Positions 26,401-40,146 of a stretch of DNA of 64,000 nt are shown one piece after another. Below the pieces are notes generated by a model. It saw only the letters and a list, made by a program, of their open reading frames with translations. It had not been told where the DNA came from and made no database searches. The DNA comes from Styela clava (taxonomy: Eukaryota). The position numbers and the translations under genes are program-made. Position 1 is the stretch's first letter. The number at the start of each line of letters is the position of its first letter. The stretch covers positions 14,570,001-14,634,000 of the forward strand of contig NC_135261.1 in the NCBI RefSeq assembly GCF_964204865.1. The letters run 5' to 3'.

Positions 26401-26965
26401 TTATCGTTACAGGAAGTGTTGAGGGATATCCTCGAAGAATAACTCGCGGTTGCTTCCATTCTGACATCGGAACTGCCTGCTCTACTTACACACCTCGTGA
26501 CACAGAAATGGAGTCATGCAATCGTATATGCGCAACAGATGGATGTAATGTCGGTACGTTATAGCTAATATAAAAATTTAGTAATGAGCAACTTCATAAA
26601 TATAAATGTTGTAACATTTGAAGAACTTATGGTTGTGTGTGTTCTATTTTTCCAATGAACATTTGAGAGGTTATGATTACATCGTCTCACAAAATAGTTG
26701 GTTGCTTTATAAATGTAAAATTGGTATCTTAAGTGCTGCAACTCATCTGCCATGTTCTGAATTTTCAACGTCTACGGTGTGGTATGAATATACTTACGAT
26801 AAATGAAAACTTTAAAAACTAACAAAACATATCTTTAACTTAATTATTTACACATTTTAAAGTTGTATATATCATAATATTTCAGGCAGTGGAAGCTCTA
26901 TTCCGTTCCAGACGATGATCACCGTCGTAGCATTTGCTCTTCTTGGAAAGCTAACACAAATATAG
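23441..26965 (+). CDS. Array copy 5: A-type gene lacking most of exon 7 (N-half of LU3); other exons intact
   Basis: Exon 1 at 23441-23495, exon 2 from 23808. Exon 7 breaks at 25446 (..ATCAACGG|CAAAGTTAG), about 199 nt deleted versus copy 2. Exons 8-11 are open; stop TAG 26963-26965. May be a pseudogene. Confidence 0.6.
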
Positions 26966-28406
26966 GTTCCTATACTCGTGATTATATCAAATATTTATCT
27001 AAATACTAGTATGGTTTTATGCAGATTTCATATTATTGTTACTATGTTACAACGTCATACAAAAATTTGATTTCATTCAAAGATAAATTTGTATTGCGAA
27101 ATTGTTTCATTCATTTTCATGTTTTTAACAACAAATCCCACTTCAAGCGTGCCAATTATCATTCCCTCATGCTTGATAGTGTACAAAATGATGTTTCCTG
27201 ACTCGGTTCAGTAGTTAGATCTGTATATCGATGTGAAATAAATGCCACGTGCGAAATATTTTTAGAATTGTTTGTGTGTTTTACACGCATGCTGGTTTTC
27301 ATTCTCACAGTTAGGTCTGAAAACCGTTGAAATTTTCACGATAACACTGCAACCTTGTGTTATACTTTTGTTTATACGTATAGTTCATTCAGCGACGATG
27401 ACTCTTTATTTAATACATCTGGAAAAGCGATTTCACAAATATGTATGTAATCTTGACGAGTCGCCATAAAAATAAATATAGTTCAACAGTACAGCGTGTT
27501 ATATTATTTTTTGTACAGAAAAGCAATCAGAATTAGTAGTAACGCTTTGATATACCTCACGATTCACAATTTTAGGAATGAGTGTTGTGCTGTTTCTGAA
27601 ATTTCAAGTCAAGCCCTAAACGCATGTTTTGAATTGACCGACGAATTTGATGAAAAATTTGCATGAGCAATTGAGTAACGAAGATAATAATTTTGATTAA
27701 ATAGAAATATATAAGAAACATATTATCACCGTTTATTGTGTTGCTGTTTCTTTCATAGCCATGGGCTAGATGAATGTTTGACGAAAACGAGAGTGTGAAC
27801 GCACTGTATGCTTTTGATTAGGTCTGCAATTGAATTAAAACAGCGTTACATCCATTTATGGGGAAAATAGACGCGAGATCATGTTTAATGTAAAAACAAT
27901 AGATTTTCAAAACATAGCATATCACCGTTACAGTTAAAAAATTAAGAAAAATTACTTTGCTGGTGCTAGGTAGGATCATATGTGGTGTAACAGGCGCGTT
28001 AGTTTGAGAAACTTAGATTTCTCTACTTTCATCGACGAAGTTGATTTTTTATACGATGCTTACTCGAGACTTTCGCTCCGAGCTAGGCCACGTACAATCA
28101 GCTACTGAATTAAAAAACAGGAACGGAACTAATGTTTATTTGAATGTCTTGGAGTCTTTCGGTTCGGCATTTGCCTGCCCTATTTACCAAACCCGGAGTG
28201 AGGTGGTGGGGATGAGATTTGAACTCAAGATGTCTATTTTACGATGCTAACATAGCTGAGTTCAACGCATCAACCGCCAGGTCACCGCGGCAACTGAAAT
28301 ATTATCGTTTTACCTAAATATATGTTTGTATGAGTGGGATAATTTGGGAATTAATTTTGAGTTGAATTTGTTTTGCGAATGAGTATAGTCTTAAAACTTT
28401 TAAATC

Positions 28407-31400
28407 TGCAATGCAATGCAATGCAAAATATACAGTTGTTGATGGTAAAGTTAAACTTTTCTGGTTTTTCATAAAAATGTTGTACTGATATCAAACGACT
28501 ATAAAATCATATATGTGTTGTCAATGTTGTTAAGGTGTCACTACGGCTGTTGAGCGAGCTTGTGCTGAGAGTGATAATGATGAAGACACTCACTCCAACG
28601 CAGTTCCAACCGCAGATAGATGTATAACTGTTATTGATGCTACCGGCAATCCGACCGCGATCACAGAATGCTTCTATCATTGCAGCGCACCCGACAACTG
28701 TAACACTGAAAATAGAGGTTTGCATTTAAGATTGAATATTAAGCACAAGCTAGAAAGAAAAGAGTTATTAGGATAATTTTTTTTCAATCTCATTGAAGCA
28801 ATGCCAAAATGATTGTAACGCAGGAGCTAGTCCTGCTCGAGGAAGCTGCAACTATATCACCGGAGTATGCGCTTGTACCTTAGGATGGTCTGGTACTGAT
28901 TGCAACACGGCAGTTAGTAAGAAAACTTCTTAAGTACATATTCTTACAAACATTTCCTGCGGTATGACGTGTTATATCGAATTGAAATATTTTTTTTGCC
29001 ACATAGAATCAAAATGCAAGTACTAATTGTTTATATTATTAATATTTCCAGATGTCCCAAAATGAGGGTGATACAGAAAAATATGTTACACACGTTCGCA
29101 CAAATAATCACTTGATCAAAAAAGTATTACTAACTGTAGTGATACTAATTAATTAAAACGAATTAGGAATACATGCCACAAACAAATTCAAATCGGAAGT
29201 TTCTCAGAGATTACTTTGAATTTAGATAGGTCAAAACGTTCTAATTAGTTTAATTGAGTGGAACTTGTAATGTATGGTTCTCCCGGTGTGTAATAAAATT
29301 AAAAAAAAGTATAAAAGATTTTTCATGAAATTGTCAAATATTCTATGTTTTCCTAGCTTTCACGGCCTCCATAAAATGTGTTCAGTGTAACTCTGAAATT
29401 GATAGCGGATGCATTTCATCAACAACAAGTGTAGATTGTCCATGGACTCAAGCATATTGCTCTACAAGGACATCGACCATTTTTGACGGATGTAAGTAGA
29501 ATTGTTATAATTAACGAAATTGAGAAGCTTAAAAAAATTTTTGAAAAAATAAATTTGTATATAATATTCCTTGTTTAGCCGATTCAGTTATCCGCGCTGT
29601 CACCACCAAAGCTTGCACATCTGTTTTCAAAGCTGTTGATCAATGTGTATTCAACGATATTCACACTGACGCACCAATTAACGATGCAAGTGTTGGCTAC
29701 AGCGAATTCAACTGTTTTTCTACCTGCGATACCGATGATTGCAACACCAATACAGGTTTGATTTTTGATTTCTAACATTAAACTAATTTTTTCATCCAGC
29801 TTGGTAACAAAACATTAAAACATTCTAATTTGACATTTAAAATATTTAAATTGGCTGCCGTTTGTAATATTAATATCCGACATGAAAATATTATTTGTGC
29901 TTCAGCTGATGGAGTGATCAACGGTGATGAAGCAGTTGCGCTTCAATGTGTCGTTTGTAGTGATACCACAGGAATAAGTTTCTGCAACACAGAAACAGCA
30001 AGACAAGCTTGTCCGAGCGGATCAACTCATTGCAAACATACAGCAATATATCTTATATTAGACAGAGTTGATCTTTCTTACACAAGTGAAAAAATTACTT
30101 TTGCACACAAATTACTTTACCTTTGCACGTGAATTACTAATATACCTGTAGATCAGAGTTAGGTACTTTGTTTGAATTGCTCTAAAATTGTGGCTGTTTT
30201 TTAATAAATGATTTTGTAATAAATATAATCTATTCGTAGAATGACGATAAACTTTACGAAGCACAACCACAAGCAGATAATGATTGATATAATTTTTCGA
30301 AATGCAGATATTTGCAAAAATTTTATTTTTTTTCAATAATATATACAAATCTTTAAATTTGAGGAAGGGATACGGTTAAACTATCACTTATACGAATAAA
30401 CTTACAACAGCCGATCCACAATATAAACTTGTTAGTATTGTACGTGAGTGCGCCAGTGCTGCCGTGACAAGCCAATGCACTGAAGCTTCAGTTGGAACTT
30501 TCAGTTTCAAGAAAGTTACTTGCACAGAAACATGCCAGGGAGACGAATGAAAAGTTGGGTGGATTAAGTTCTACTTTGCATTTGTTAAACCTAAACTTTA
30601 GTTTGTTTAAAACCAAAATTGATAAATTCATAAATTCTATTAAGTACCATTTGTTTATTTTACGTAAATAGATGATGTTTTTTACTTTATTTCTTGTTAA
30701 TTTTATAATTCGATGCGTTTTAGCTGCAAGGCCCGAATGCATCACATGCTCGACAAGCACCGGTGCCATAGTTAAGGATTACGATACTGATGGCTATGAT
30801 GAATGCCTTGAAAATCCACTAATGCCAGCTGCATGCAGTCATCCATACCACTCAAGTTGCATAATCCACAAGAGCGGGCTCGAGAAGGGAACTAGAAGTA
30901 TGTGAACCAATATTCTTTTTGTAAATTCACTTTACAAAATTGAACAATTTAAACAATTTTAAACATATTCTTTAAAATATATATTCCCATTGTTATTATA
31001 ACAGAAAGTGTGGAGGGATATCCTCGTAGAATTATTCGCGGTTGTTCCTATGCTGGAATAGGAAATGGATGCACATCTGCGCAACCCCGTGACACTGAAA
31101 TTGAGACATGCAATCGCACATTCACTACTGATGGATGCAACGTTGGTAAGATGTCATTTGAATTAAAATTGTTTTGTGCTATTATAACACGAAACCTATC
31201 TCAAGATAGTACTATAGCGTAAGGTCTACCTCAGTATTTTTTCATTCGTCATTCATATCGCTTATTTATATGCTTTAATTAATTTGGTGAAGAACTCTTA
31301 TTTTGTACATATACTAGGAATTAATTAAATAGACAAATGAACATACTAATTTCATCATATTATAGGAAGAAAAGTTAAATACAACATGTTATAATATTTT

Positions 31401-31796
31401 CATATAATATATATATTTTTGAATTTCTTTCGTACTACCTACCGACAAATTGCTTCCGTTTATACAAGCAGCGGGTGACGCGGTAGATATCATGCTATAA
31501 TAGCATATAGTAGTATTGTATGTTTGAAATAATAGAAAGTTCAAAATCGAATCATATACGTTATATCCAGTCATGACTGCCATAGTAGTTTATTTCATTG
31601 ATAATGAGCATTTGAAGCTAAAGGCCTGAAATCTAGAAAACTACAATATAAATAATAATACATATGAACAATAAAACTGGGTCTTAAGTATTACCCATTC
31701 TTAATTTCAGGAAGCGGATGTTTCATGCCAGTCATTACTCTACTGGCATTCTTTCTTCCAGCAGCCTTTGGATTGCTCACACAACGTTATTTTTAA
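28407..31796 (+). pseudogene. Array copy 6: 5'-deleted pseudogene with B-type LU4/tail
   Basis: Signal-peptide exon and most of exon 2 are deleted (junction 28406). TATA lost near 27935; exon 4 acceptor CAG>CAA; TGA at 30548 replaces the last Cys of LU3 and that donor is lost; Cys>Phe in LU4; terminal exon 31711-31796. Confidence 0.9.
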
Positions 31797-33411
31797 ACTA
31801 AACTTCCAGAGTAATTTTATTTCTATGAACATTGATGTTATTACTCTCATTTATATTAACAAAAGTACAGGATTAAATTTGAGTATTGGCGTGAAAATTG
31901 TTACCAAGAAGTGATTTTCACTTTTTTGTAGTTTGAACGACGATGAATTATTAAGCCATAACTTCTGTTACAAAAGTATTAGATCTATTAAGGCCCTAAT
32001 TAGTCCTGACTATTGAATAAAGTTTCATGAAGTTCATTGTCTGCGTTATATGATTTTAGGAAATAAGAAATACAGAAACGATGATTGGCGTATAAGCTAA
32101 GATGTACCCCACTCCCTCAGTGCTTCATGCTGGGTATTTATGAATAACAAAAAATTTTGACTACAAAGAAGGGGATCTTGGTGTTCAATATAACTTTCTA
32201 CGCGCAATGATCTCACGAAATAGATGCTATAGCACGCTATCTATTGCTCTTCAATAAAAGCTATCACAAATATGAGTTCTTATGCTCGTGAATTTATCAA
32301 ATATTTACTTAAATACCAGTATTGTGTTATGCAGAATTCATTTTATTGTCACTTTGTTATAACGTTACTCATAAATTAAGTTTCAATTAAAGATAGATGT
32401 GTATCGAGAAATTGTTTTATTCATTTTCATGTTTTTACCAACAAAAACCACTTCAAGCGTGCCAATTATCATTCCCTCATGCTTGATTATGTACAAAATG
32501 ATGTTTCCTGACCCGGTTCAGTACTTAGATCTGTATATCGATGTGTAATAAATTCCACGTGCGAAATACATTTAGAGTTGTTTGTGTTTTACACGCATGC
32601 TGATTTTCATTCTCACTGTTAGGTCTAAAAACCGTTGAAATTTTCATGATAACACTGCAACATTGTGGTATTATTTTTGTTTATAACCACTTCATTTCGC
32701 GACGATGACTCTTAATAAATATGTAAAACTGACTCGGCAAATATTTTTGTCGCCTTCATGCTTGACGAGTCGCCATAAGTGAAATAAATATAATCCAACA
32801 ATGAAAACCTACTCTATCGTTTATTGTACAGAGAAATAGTCAGGATTGAGAGTAACATCTGACGGTATGATCAAATATGCGAGTTGGTGCCACGATTTGC
32901 GGCTATAACATAATTTGTGATATTACAAGCCTGTATTTTGCACAATGTCTCAGCCATACTTTTTGAAATTTGATAACGGATAACTTAAAATGTATTTGAT
33001 TTCACAATACCAACAATATATGTGAGAGGGTGAACTTAAGTGAAACTTTTATATCAGTGCTGAAATCTATGGTTCGAATCAAATTTTGATAAGGGTGAAA
33101 TGTAATTATGTTTTTATCTTTTATCATGTTAGTGATTTCCTATCTTGAGCTAGGAAGAATGAGAACGAGAACACTGAATAGGAAGCTTCTTTTAGACATT
33201 CATTAGAAATTTTACCAACCCGTTGCTAAGTTACGAGAGTAAAGAAAGTTTTCCAAATGGCTTGCACGTATCAAATTCGATGAACGTTGCTAAGGAGGTT
33301 TTAAAATGAAAAGAACGTTTTACACCATTCAATGTAGATAAGAGACTCGAGATATCGTTTAACATAAAACAATAGAAATTGAAAAATAGCGCGCCATTGT
33401 TACCGTTACCC

Positions 33412-33446
33412 TATATATAAAGAGTACACAAGGAAAATTTTCAGTT
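33412..33446 (+). promoter_or_regulatory. B-type core promoter: TATA box plus TCAGTY initiator (also 39544-39578, 45766-45800, 52113-52147)
   Basis: TATATAWA with TCAGTT/TCAGTC about 29 nt downstream, conserved in copies 7-10, roughly 600 nt upstream of the ATG. Confidence 0.7.
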
Positions 33447-34025
33447 GAGTTAATTCGCTCGCATTTGATTCGAATTATAGTGTGATCTCTAATGTGTTAT
33501 GAATTATGACTTTTGGGTACCTATACTTATAATCGCTACAGTTTTAAACGGCAATCATATGAATTAACAGGTGATCAGAAAAACTTCACACGATGTTTCA
33601 GCACATGAGTTGTAGTTCACACTACGATAAAATTAGGCAACATGTAAAAATAGTTTTAGATTTGTTTATTCTGGAAAAATATAGAAACAATGTCGATTTT
33701 TCGTTACTCATCTAGATGCAAGGTTCAAGTTTATTACATTGAATATTGGTCCCATTAAATTATTATACATAGAAAAATCGTTTTATTCGAGACTATAATT
33801 CACCTTTAAAGGCATAATTATTTGATCTATAAAAAATCAGTAATTACTCAAGATATTTTCGAAGTAGTTTTTCGTAAATTTAGGATCAATATAAGAAATT
33901 TTTGTTTAAATTTGGGTAAAGTCGTTGTTTTGTTCTTTATAACAAACGTACAATAATAATAATAATAACAACGATAATCTTATTTACAGTTTTAAAAATC
34001 AAAGTTTATTCACTTGAACGTAAAG

Positions 34026-37000
34026 ATGAAATATTTAACATCTTTTCTTGTGATCTTTGGTATCCTTGGCCGTACATACGGTAAGTTTGAGAAGAGGCAT
34101 TGATGCATTTAATTTATAAAAGTGAAAATTCGAATATCAATGAAAAAATTATACCAACAATGTATGTAGACGAAACGTGTTACAAATTGTTTGTCCCCTA
34201 AGCACGTTGTTATATACACTTTCAGACTTTGAAATATTCAAAGTATGAAAAGCCAATAACGTGCAACCAAACTTGGATAATTACCAATTGAATTTCTTAT
34301 TTCAATAACAAAGTTTATTTTACGATTTTGCTATGATTGTTTCACGCTTGCTAAACACGATAAAACCTATTTTTTATGCTTATCTTCAGAACACTTACGT
34401 CTTGAACAATTTGGTAACAACCATTTATTATTTTAGGCTTGAATTGTTACGTTTGCATGGATGCTCAATATGATGGAGAGGCAGAGGAAACTTGTTTCAC
34501 TACTGTATCAGGGACAACAACTTCTAATGCTTGTACAGCTGATTCAGGAACGAAAGTGCATTACTGCAATGCAAAATTTACAGTTCAAGACGGTAAAATT
34601 AAAAATTTTTTTTTTTTTCACAAAAATGTTGCACTGATATCATCAACTATAAATCATAGATTTGTTGCCAATGTTGTTAAGGTGTCACTACGGCTGTTGA
34701 GCGAGCTTGTGCTGAGAGTGATAATGACGAAGATACTCACTCCAACGCAGTTCCAACCGCAGATAGATGTACAACTGTTCTTGATGCTTCCGGCGATCCA
34801 ACCGGGATAACAACTTGCTACTATCATTGCACAACCGACAACTGTAACACTGAAAATACAGGTTTGCATTTAGGATTGATTATTTTGTACAAGATAAAAA
34901 AAAGAGAATTATTTATATAATTTTTTTTTCAGCCTCATTGAAACAATGCCCAAATGATTGTAACATAGGAACTACTCAAGGAAGCTGCAACTATATCACC
35001 GGAGTATGCGTTTGTGCCTCAACATGGTCTGGTACTGATTGCAACACGGCAGTTAGTAAGTAATATTCTTAGGTACAGATTCTTACAAATATTTCCTGCG
35101 GTATGGCGTGTTGTATTAGAATTTCTATTTGGTACAGAGAATCAAAGTGCAAGTACCATGCGTTTTATTAATATTTCTGGATAACCTAAAATGGTCGTGG
35201 TACGGAAAATATGCTACTCACGTTCGAAAAAAAATACTTGATCAAAAAAGTGTTATTAATAGTAATGATACTAATTTTTCGGAACGAAAAAAAAATATAT
35301 GCCACAAAGATGTTCAACTCGTAACCCAGAGTAATAATATGAAAAAGGTGCTACGATTTTTAATAAACTAAGTAAACTAATTAAATATTCTATGTTTTCC
35401 TAGCTTCAACTTCAAGCGGGGCCTCCAGAAAATGTGTTCAGTGTAACTCAGAAATTGATAGCGGATGTAGTACATCAACAACAAGTGTGGATTGTCCAGG
35501 GACTGAAGCATATTGCTCTACAAGAACATCAACCATTTTTGACGGATGTAAGTAGAATTGTTATAATTAACGGAAATTGAGTAGCTTAAAAATAGTTTGA
35601 AAAATCAATTTGTACATAATATTTCATATTCAGCCGATGCAGTTATCCGCACTGTCACCACCAAAGCTTGCACATCTGATTTCAAAGCTGTTGATCAATG
35701 TGTATTCAACGCTCTTCACAGTGACTCACCAATTAGCGATACAAGTGTTGGTTACAGCGAGTTTAACTGTTTCTCTACCTGCGATACCAATGATTGCAAC
35801 ACCAACACAGGTTTGATTTTTGATTTCTAACATTAAAATATTTTTTTCATATAGTTTTGTTATAAAACATTGAAATATTCTAATTTAACATTCAAAATAT
35901 TTAATTGGACAGTTTGGCAGTTTGGAAATTGATAACGGACATGATAATATTATTTGTGCTTCAGCTGATGGAGTGATCAACGGTAATGAAGCAGTTGCGC
36001 TTCAATGTGTCGTTTGTAGTGATACCTCAACCTGCAACACAAAAACAGAAAGACAAGCTTGTCCGAGCGGATCAACTCATTGCAAACATACAGCAATATA
36101 TCTTATATCTGACAGAGTTTATCTTTCTCACACAGGTGGATAAATTGCTTTTATACAGAATATACCTGTATGGCAAAGTTAGGTACTTTGCTTGAATTTC
36201 TTCAGAATTTTTGGCTGTTTTCTGATAAATTATTTTGTAATAAATATAAGCATTCATAGGAAGTTTATATAATTTACGAAGCACAACCACAAGCAGATAA
36301 TGATTAATATAATATTACAATAATGCAGATACTTGCAGAGTAGACATTTTATTTATTTCCATTAATATATACAAATCTTTCATTTCGGGCAAAAGGATAG
36401 ATTTAAATTTTCACTTATACGTATAAACCTATGACAGCCGATCCAGAATATAAACTTCTTAGCGTTGTACGTGAGTGCGCCACTGCTGCCGTGACAAGAG
36501 AATGCACTGAAGCTTCAGTCGGAAGTCTCAGTTTCAAGAAAGTTACTTGCACTGAAACATGCCAGGGTGACGGATGTAACGTTGGATGGCGTAAGTTCTG
36601 CTTTACATTTATTTAGCCTATGGTTTAGTTTGTTTAAAACATAGTTGAGTTTCGTTTTTTTTTTATCGATGTTACGTTTTAGGATATGAATTAATTAAAC
36701 ACTGGATTTGAATAAGATATAATGTTTGAAAAATTAATTTATTAAAATATACACTTATTGATATTTTTACGTCGCTAGCAGTTTTTTCGTTATCCAAAAT
36801 TGATGAATACTTTAATTCCAATAATTGCCATTAAATTATATTACGTCAATAGATGATGCTTTCTACTTTATTTTTTGCTAATTTTATAATTCGATGCGTT
36901 TCAGCTGCAAGACCCGAATGTATCACATGCTCGTCACATATCGCATACGATATGGATGACTATGATCAATGCCTTGAAAATCCTCCAATGCCAGCTGCAT

Positions 37001-37949
37001 GCAGCCATCCATACCACTCAAGTTGCATAATCCACGAAAGCGGGCTCGAGAAGGGAACTAGAAGTATGTGAGACAATATTCTTTTTGTAAAATTCACTTT
37101 ACAAAACTGAACTCGAACTATTTAAACAATTTTAAACATATTCTTCAAAATATTTCCATTTTTAACAGAAAGTGTGGAAGGATATCCTCGTAGAATTACC
37201 CGCGGTTGTTCCTATGCTGGAATAGGAAATGGATGCACATCTGCGCAACCTCGTGACACAGAAATTGAGACATGCAATCGCACATGTACTACTGATGGAT
37301 GCAACGTTGGTAAGATGTCATTTGAAGTAAAATTGTTTCGTGCTAATATAGCATAAAACCTATCTCAAGATAGTACTATAGCGTGAGGGTTACCGCTGTA
37401 TTTTCCATTCGTCATTCATATCACTTATTTACATCCTTCAATTTGACACTTTTCATTTGTACATATCCTAAGAATTATTTTGAATAGACAATTGAGCATA
37501 CTAATTCCATCATATTAAAGGAAGACAGGTTAAATACAACATCTTATATTATTTTTTAAATTTTATTTCATCGATTTCAATAATATATATTTTGAATTCG
37601 TTCTCACTACCTATCAACAAATTGCTTTCTTTTATACGAGCACCGGGTGACGCGGTAGACCTTGGACCGCACCTTAGTAGACAATATATCGCGGTAGACA
37701 TCATTTTATAGTAGCATAGTAGTATAGTATGTTTGAAATAATAGAAAAGTCCTAAATCGAATCATATACGTTATGTCCAGCCATGACTGCCATAGCAGTT
37801 TTTCAATGATTATAGGCATGAGGAGCAAACTGGGTTTTAATTATTACTTATTCTTAATTTCAGGAAGCGGAGGTTTGATGCCTGTCGTTACTCTTCTGAC
37901 ATTCCTTCTACCAGCAGCCTTTGGATTGCTCACACAACGTTATTTTTAA
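34026..37949 (+). CDS. Array copy 7: intact 514-aa protein, B-type promoter and tail, chimeric exon 9
   Basis: Exons 34026-34080 (MKYLTSFLVIFGILGRTYG), 34437-34592, 34682-34861, 34933-35055, 35404-35547, 35634-35810, 35965-36135, 36438-36590, 36905-37063, 37169-37309, 37864-37949, total 1545 nt. Tail GSGGLMPVVTLLTFLLPAAFGLLTQRYF. Confidence 0.88.
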
Positions 37950-40146
37950 ACTAAATTTCAAGAGTAATTTTCCTTCTATGAACATTGATGTTATTCCTTT
38001 TCTTTATATTAACAAAAGTGCAGAATTTAATTTGAGTATTGCCGTGAAAATTATTATCAATAAGTGATTTTCATTTTTTTGTAGTTTTAACGACGATGAA
38101 TTAAGCCATTACATCTGTTACAAAAGTATTTTATTTATTCAAGACTTAATGAGTCGTGACTATTGAATAAAGTTTCGTGAAGTTTATTGTTTGTGTTATA
38201 TTATTTCAGGAAATAATAAATACAGAAACGATGATTGGCATATAGTTTAAGATGTACTCCCACAGTCCACTCGGTCTCTTCATCAATACCTAAATATTTT
38301 TACTACAAAGAAGTTGATCTTGGTGTTTAATATAACTTTCTACGAGCAGTGATATCAAGAAATAGATGATATAGCATGCTATCTATTGCTATTCTTGGAA
38401 AGCTATCACATATATGAGTTTTTAGGCTCGTGATTTTATCAAATATTTAACTAAATACCAGTATCGTGTTATGCAGATTTCATTTTATTGTTACTTTGTT
38501 ACAACGTTATACAAAAATTTAGTTTCAATCAAAGATAGATCTGTATTGAAAAAATGTTTTATACATTTTACGTTTTTACCAACAAATCCCACTTCAAGCG
38601 TGATAAATATCATTTCCTCATGTTTGAATATGTACAAAATGATGTTTCCTGACCCGGTTCAGTAGTTAGATCTGTATATCGATGTGTAATAAATGTCACG
38701 TTCGAAATACATTTTGAGTTGTTTGTGTTTTACATGCATGCTGATTTTTTATTCTCATTGTTAGGTCTGAAAGCCGTTGAAATCACGATAACACTGCAAC
38801 ATTGTGTTATTATTTTTGTTTATACCCTGTTCATTTCGCGACATTGACTCTTAATGAATATGGAAAACTGATTCAGCAAATATTTTTGTTATCTTCATGC
38901 TTGACGATTCGCCATAAGTAAAGTAAATATAATCCAACAATGAAAGCCTACCTCATCATTCATCGTACAGAGAAATAGTCAGGACTGAGAGTAACACCAG
39001 ACGACGCAATTTAATCTGCATGGTGGTGCAACGATTTGAAGCTTTAACATAATTTGCGATATTCCTAGCCTGCTTTTTGCACAAGGCCTCAGCTAGACTT
39101 TTTGAAATTTGGTAAACGGATTACTCACAATGTATTTGATTTTACAATGTCAACAATATATGTGTGATGTTTACCCTGAATGAAACTTTTATATTAATGC
39201 TGAAATTCATAGCTTGCATCAAATTCAGGAAAGGGTGAAATGTAAATATGTTTTGATATGTTAGTGATTTCCGACATCAATCTAGAAAGAATGAGAACGA
39301 GAACACAGAATAGGGAGTTTCCTTCAGACATTCATTTGAAACTTTACAAACCCGTTGCTACGTTGCGAGAGTAGAGACAGTATTCCAAATGGCTTGCACG
39401 TATCAAATTCGATAAACGTTGCTAAGGAGGTTTTAAAATGAAAAGAATGTTCAACACCATTCAATGTAGATGAGAGTCTCGAGATATCGTCTAACATAAT
39501 ATCAATAGAAATTGAAAAATAGCGCGCCATTGTTACCGTTTCCTATATATATGGAGCACACAAGGAAAATTATCAGTTGAGTTAATTCGCTCGCACTTGA
39601 TTCGAACTATCGTCTGATCTCTAATGTGTTATGGATTCTGACTTTTATGTACCTATACTACTAACGCTACAGTTGAATTAACAGGAGATCAGAAAAACTT
39701 CACACGATGTTTCAGCACATGAGTTGTAGTTCACTACGATAAAATTAAGCAATATTCCGAAAGTGTTAGATTTGTTTAATCAGGAAAATATAAGACGGTT
39801 TTTATTCAATTATTTTTTGTAACTTATCTAGATGCAAGGTTCACATCCAATTTTTATCGAGGTTATTCATTAATTACATTGAATACTGGTCTTATTAAAT
39901 TATTATTCAGATGAAAAATCGTTTTATTTGAGATTATATTGTACATTTTAAGGCATAATTATTTGAGGGAATAAGTATTTATTCAAGATATTTTCGAAGC
40001 AATTTTTTTGTAAAGTTAGGATGTTACTATAAGAGATATTTGTTCAAATTCAGGCAAAGTTGTTGTTTTGTTCTTTCTAACAAACGTACAACGATAATAA
40101 TAACTACGATATTTTTATTTACAATTTTAAAATCTTGAACATAAAG

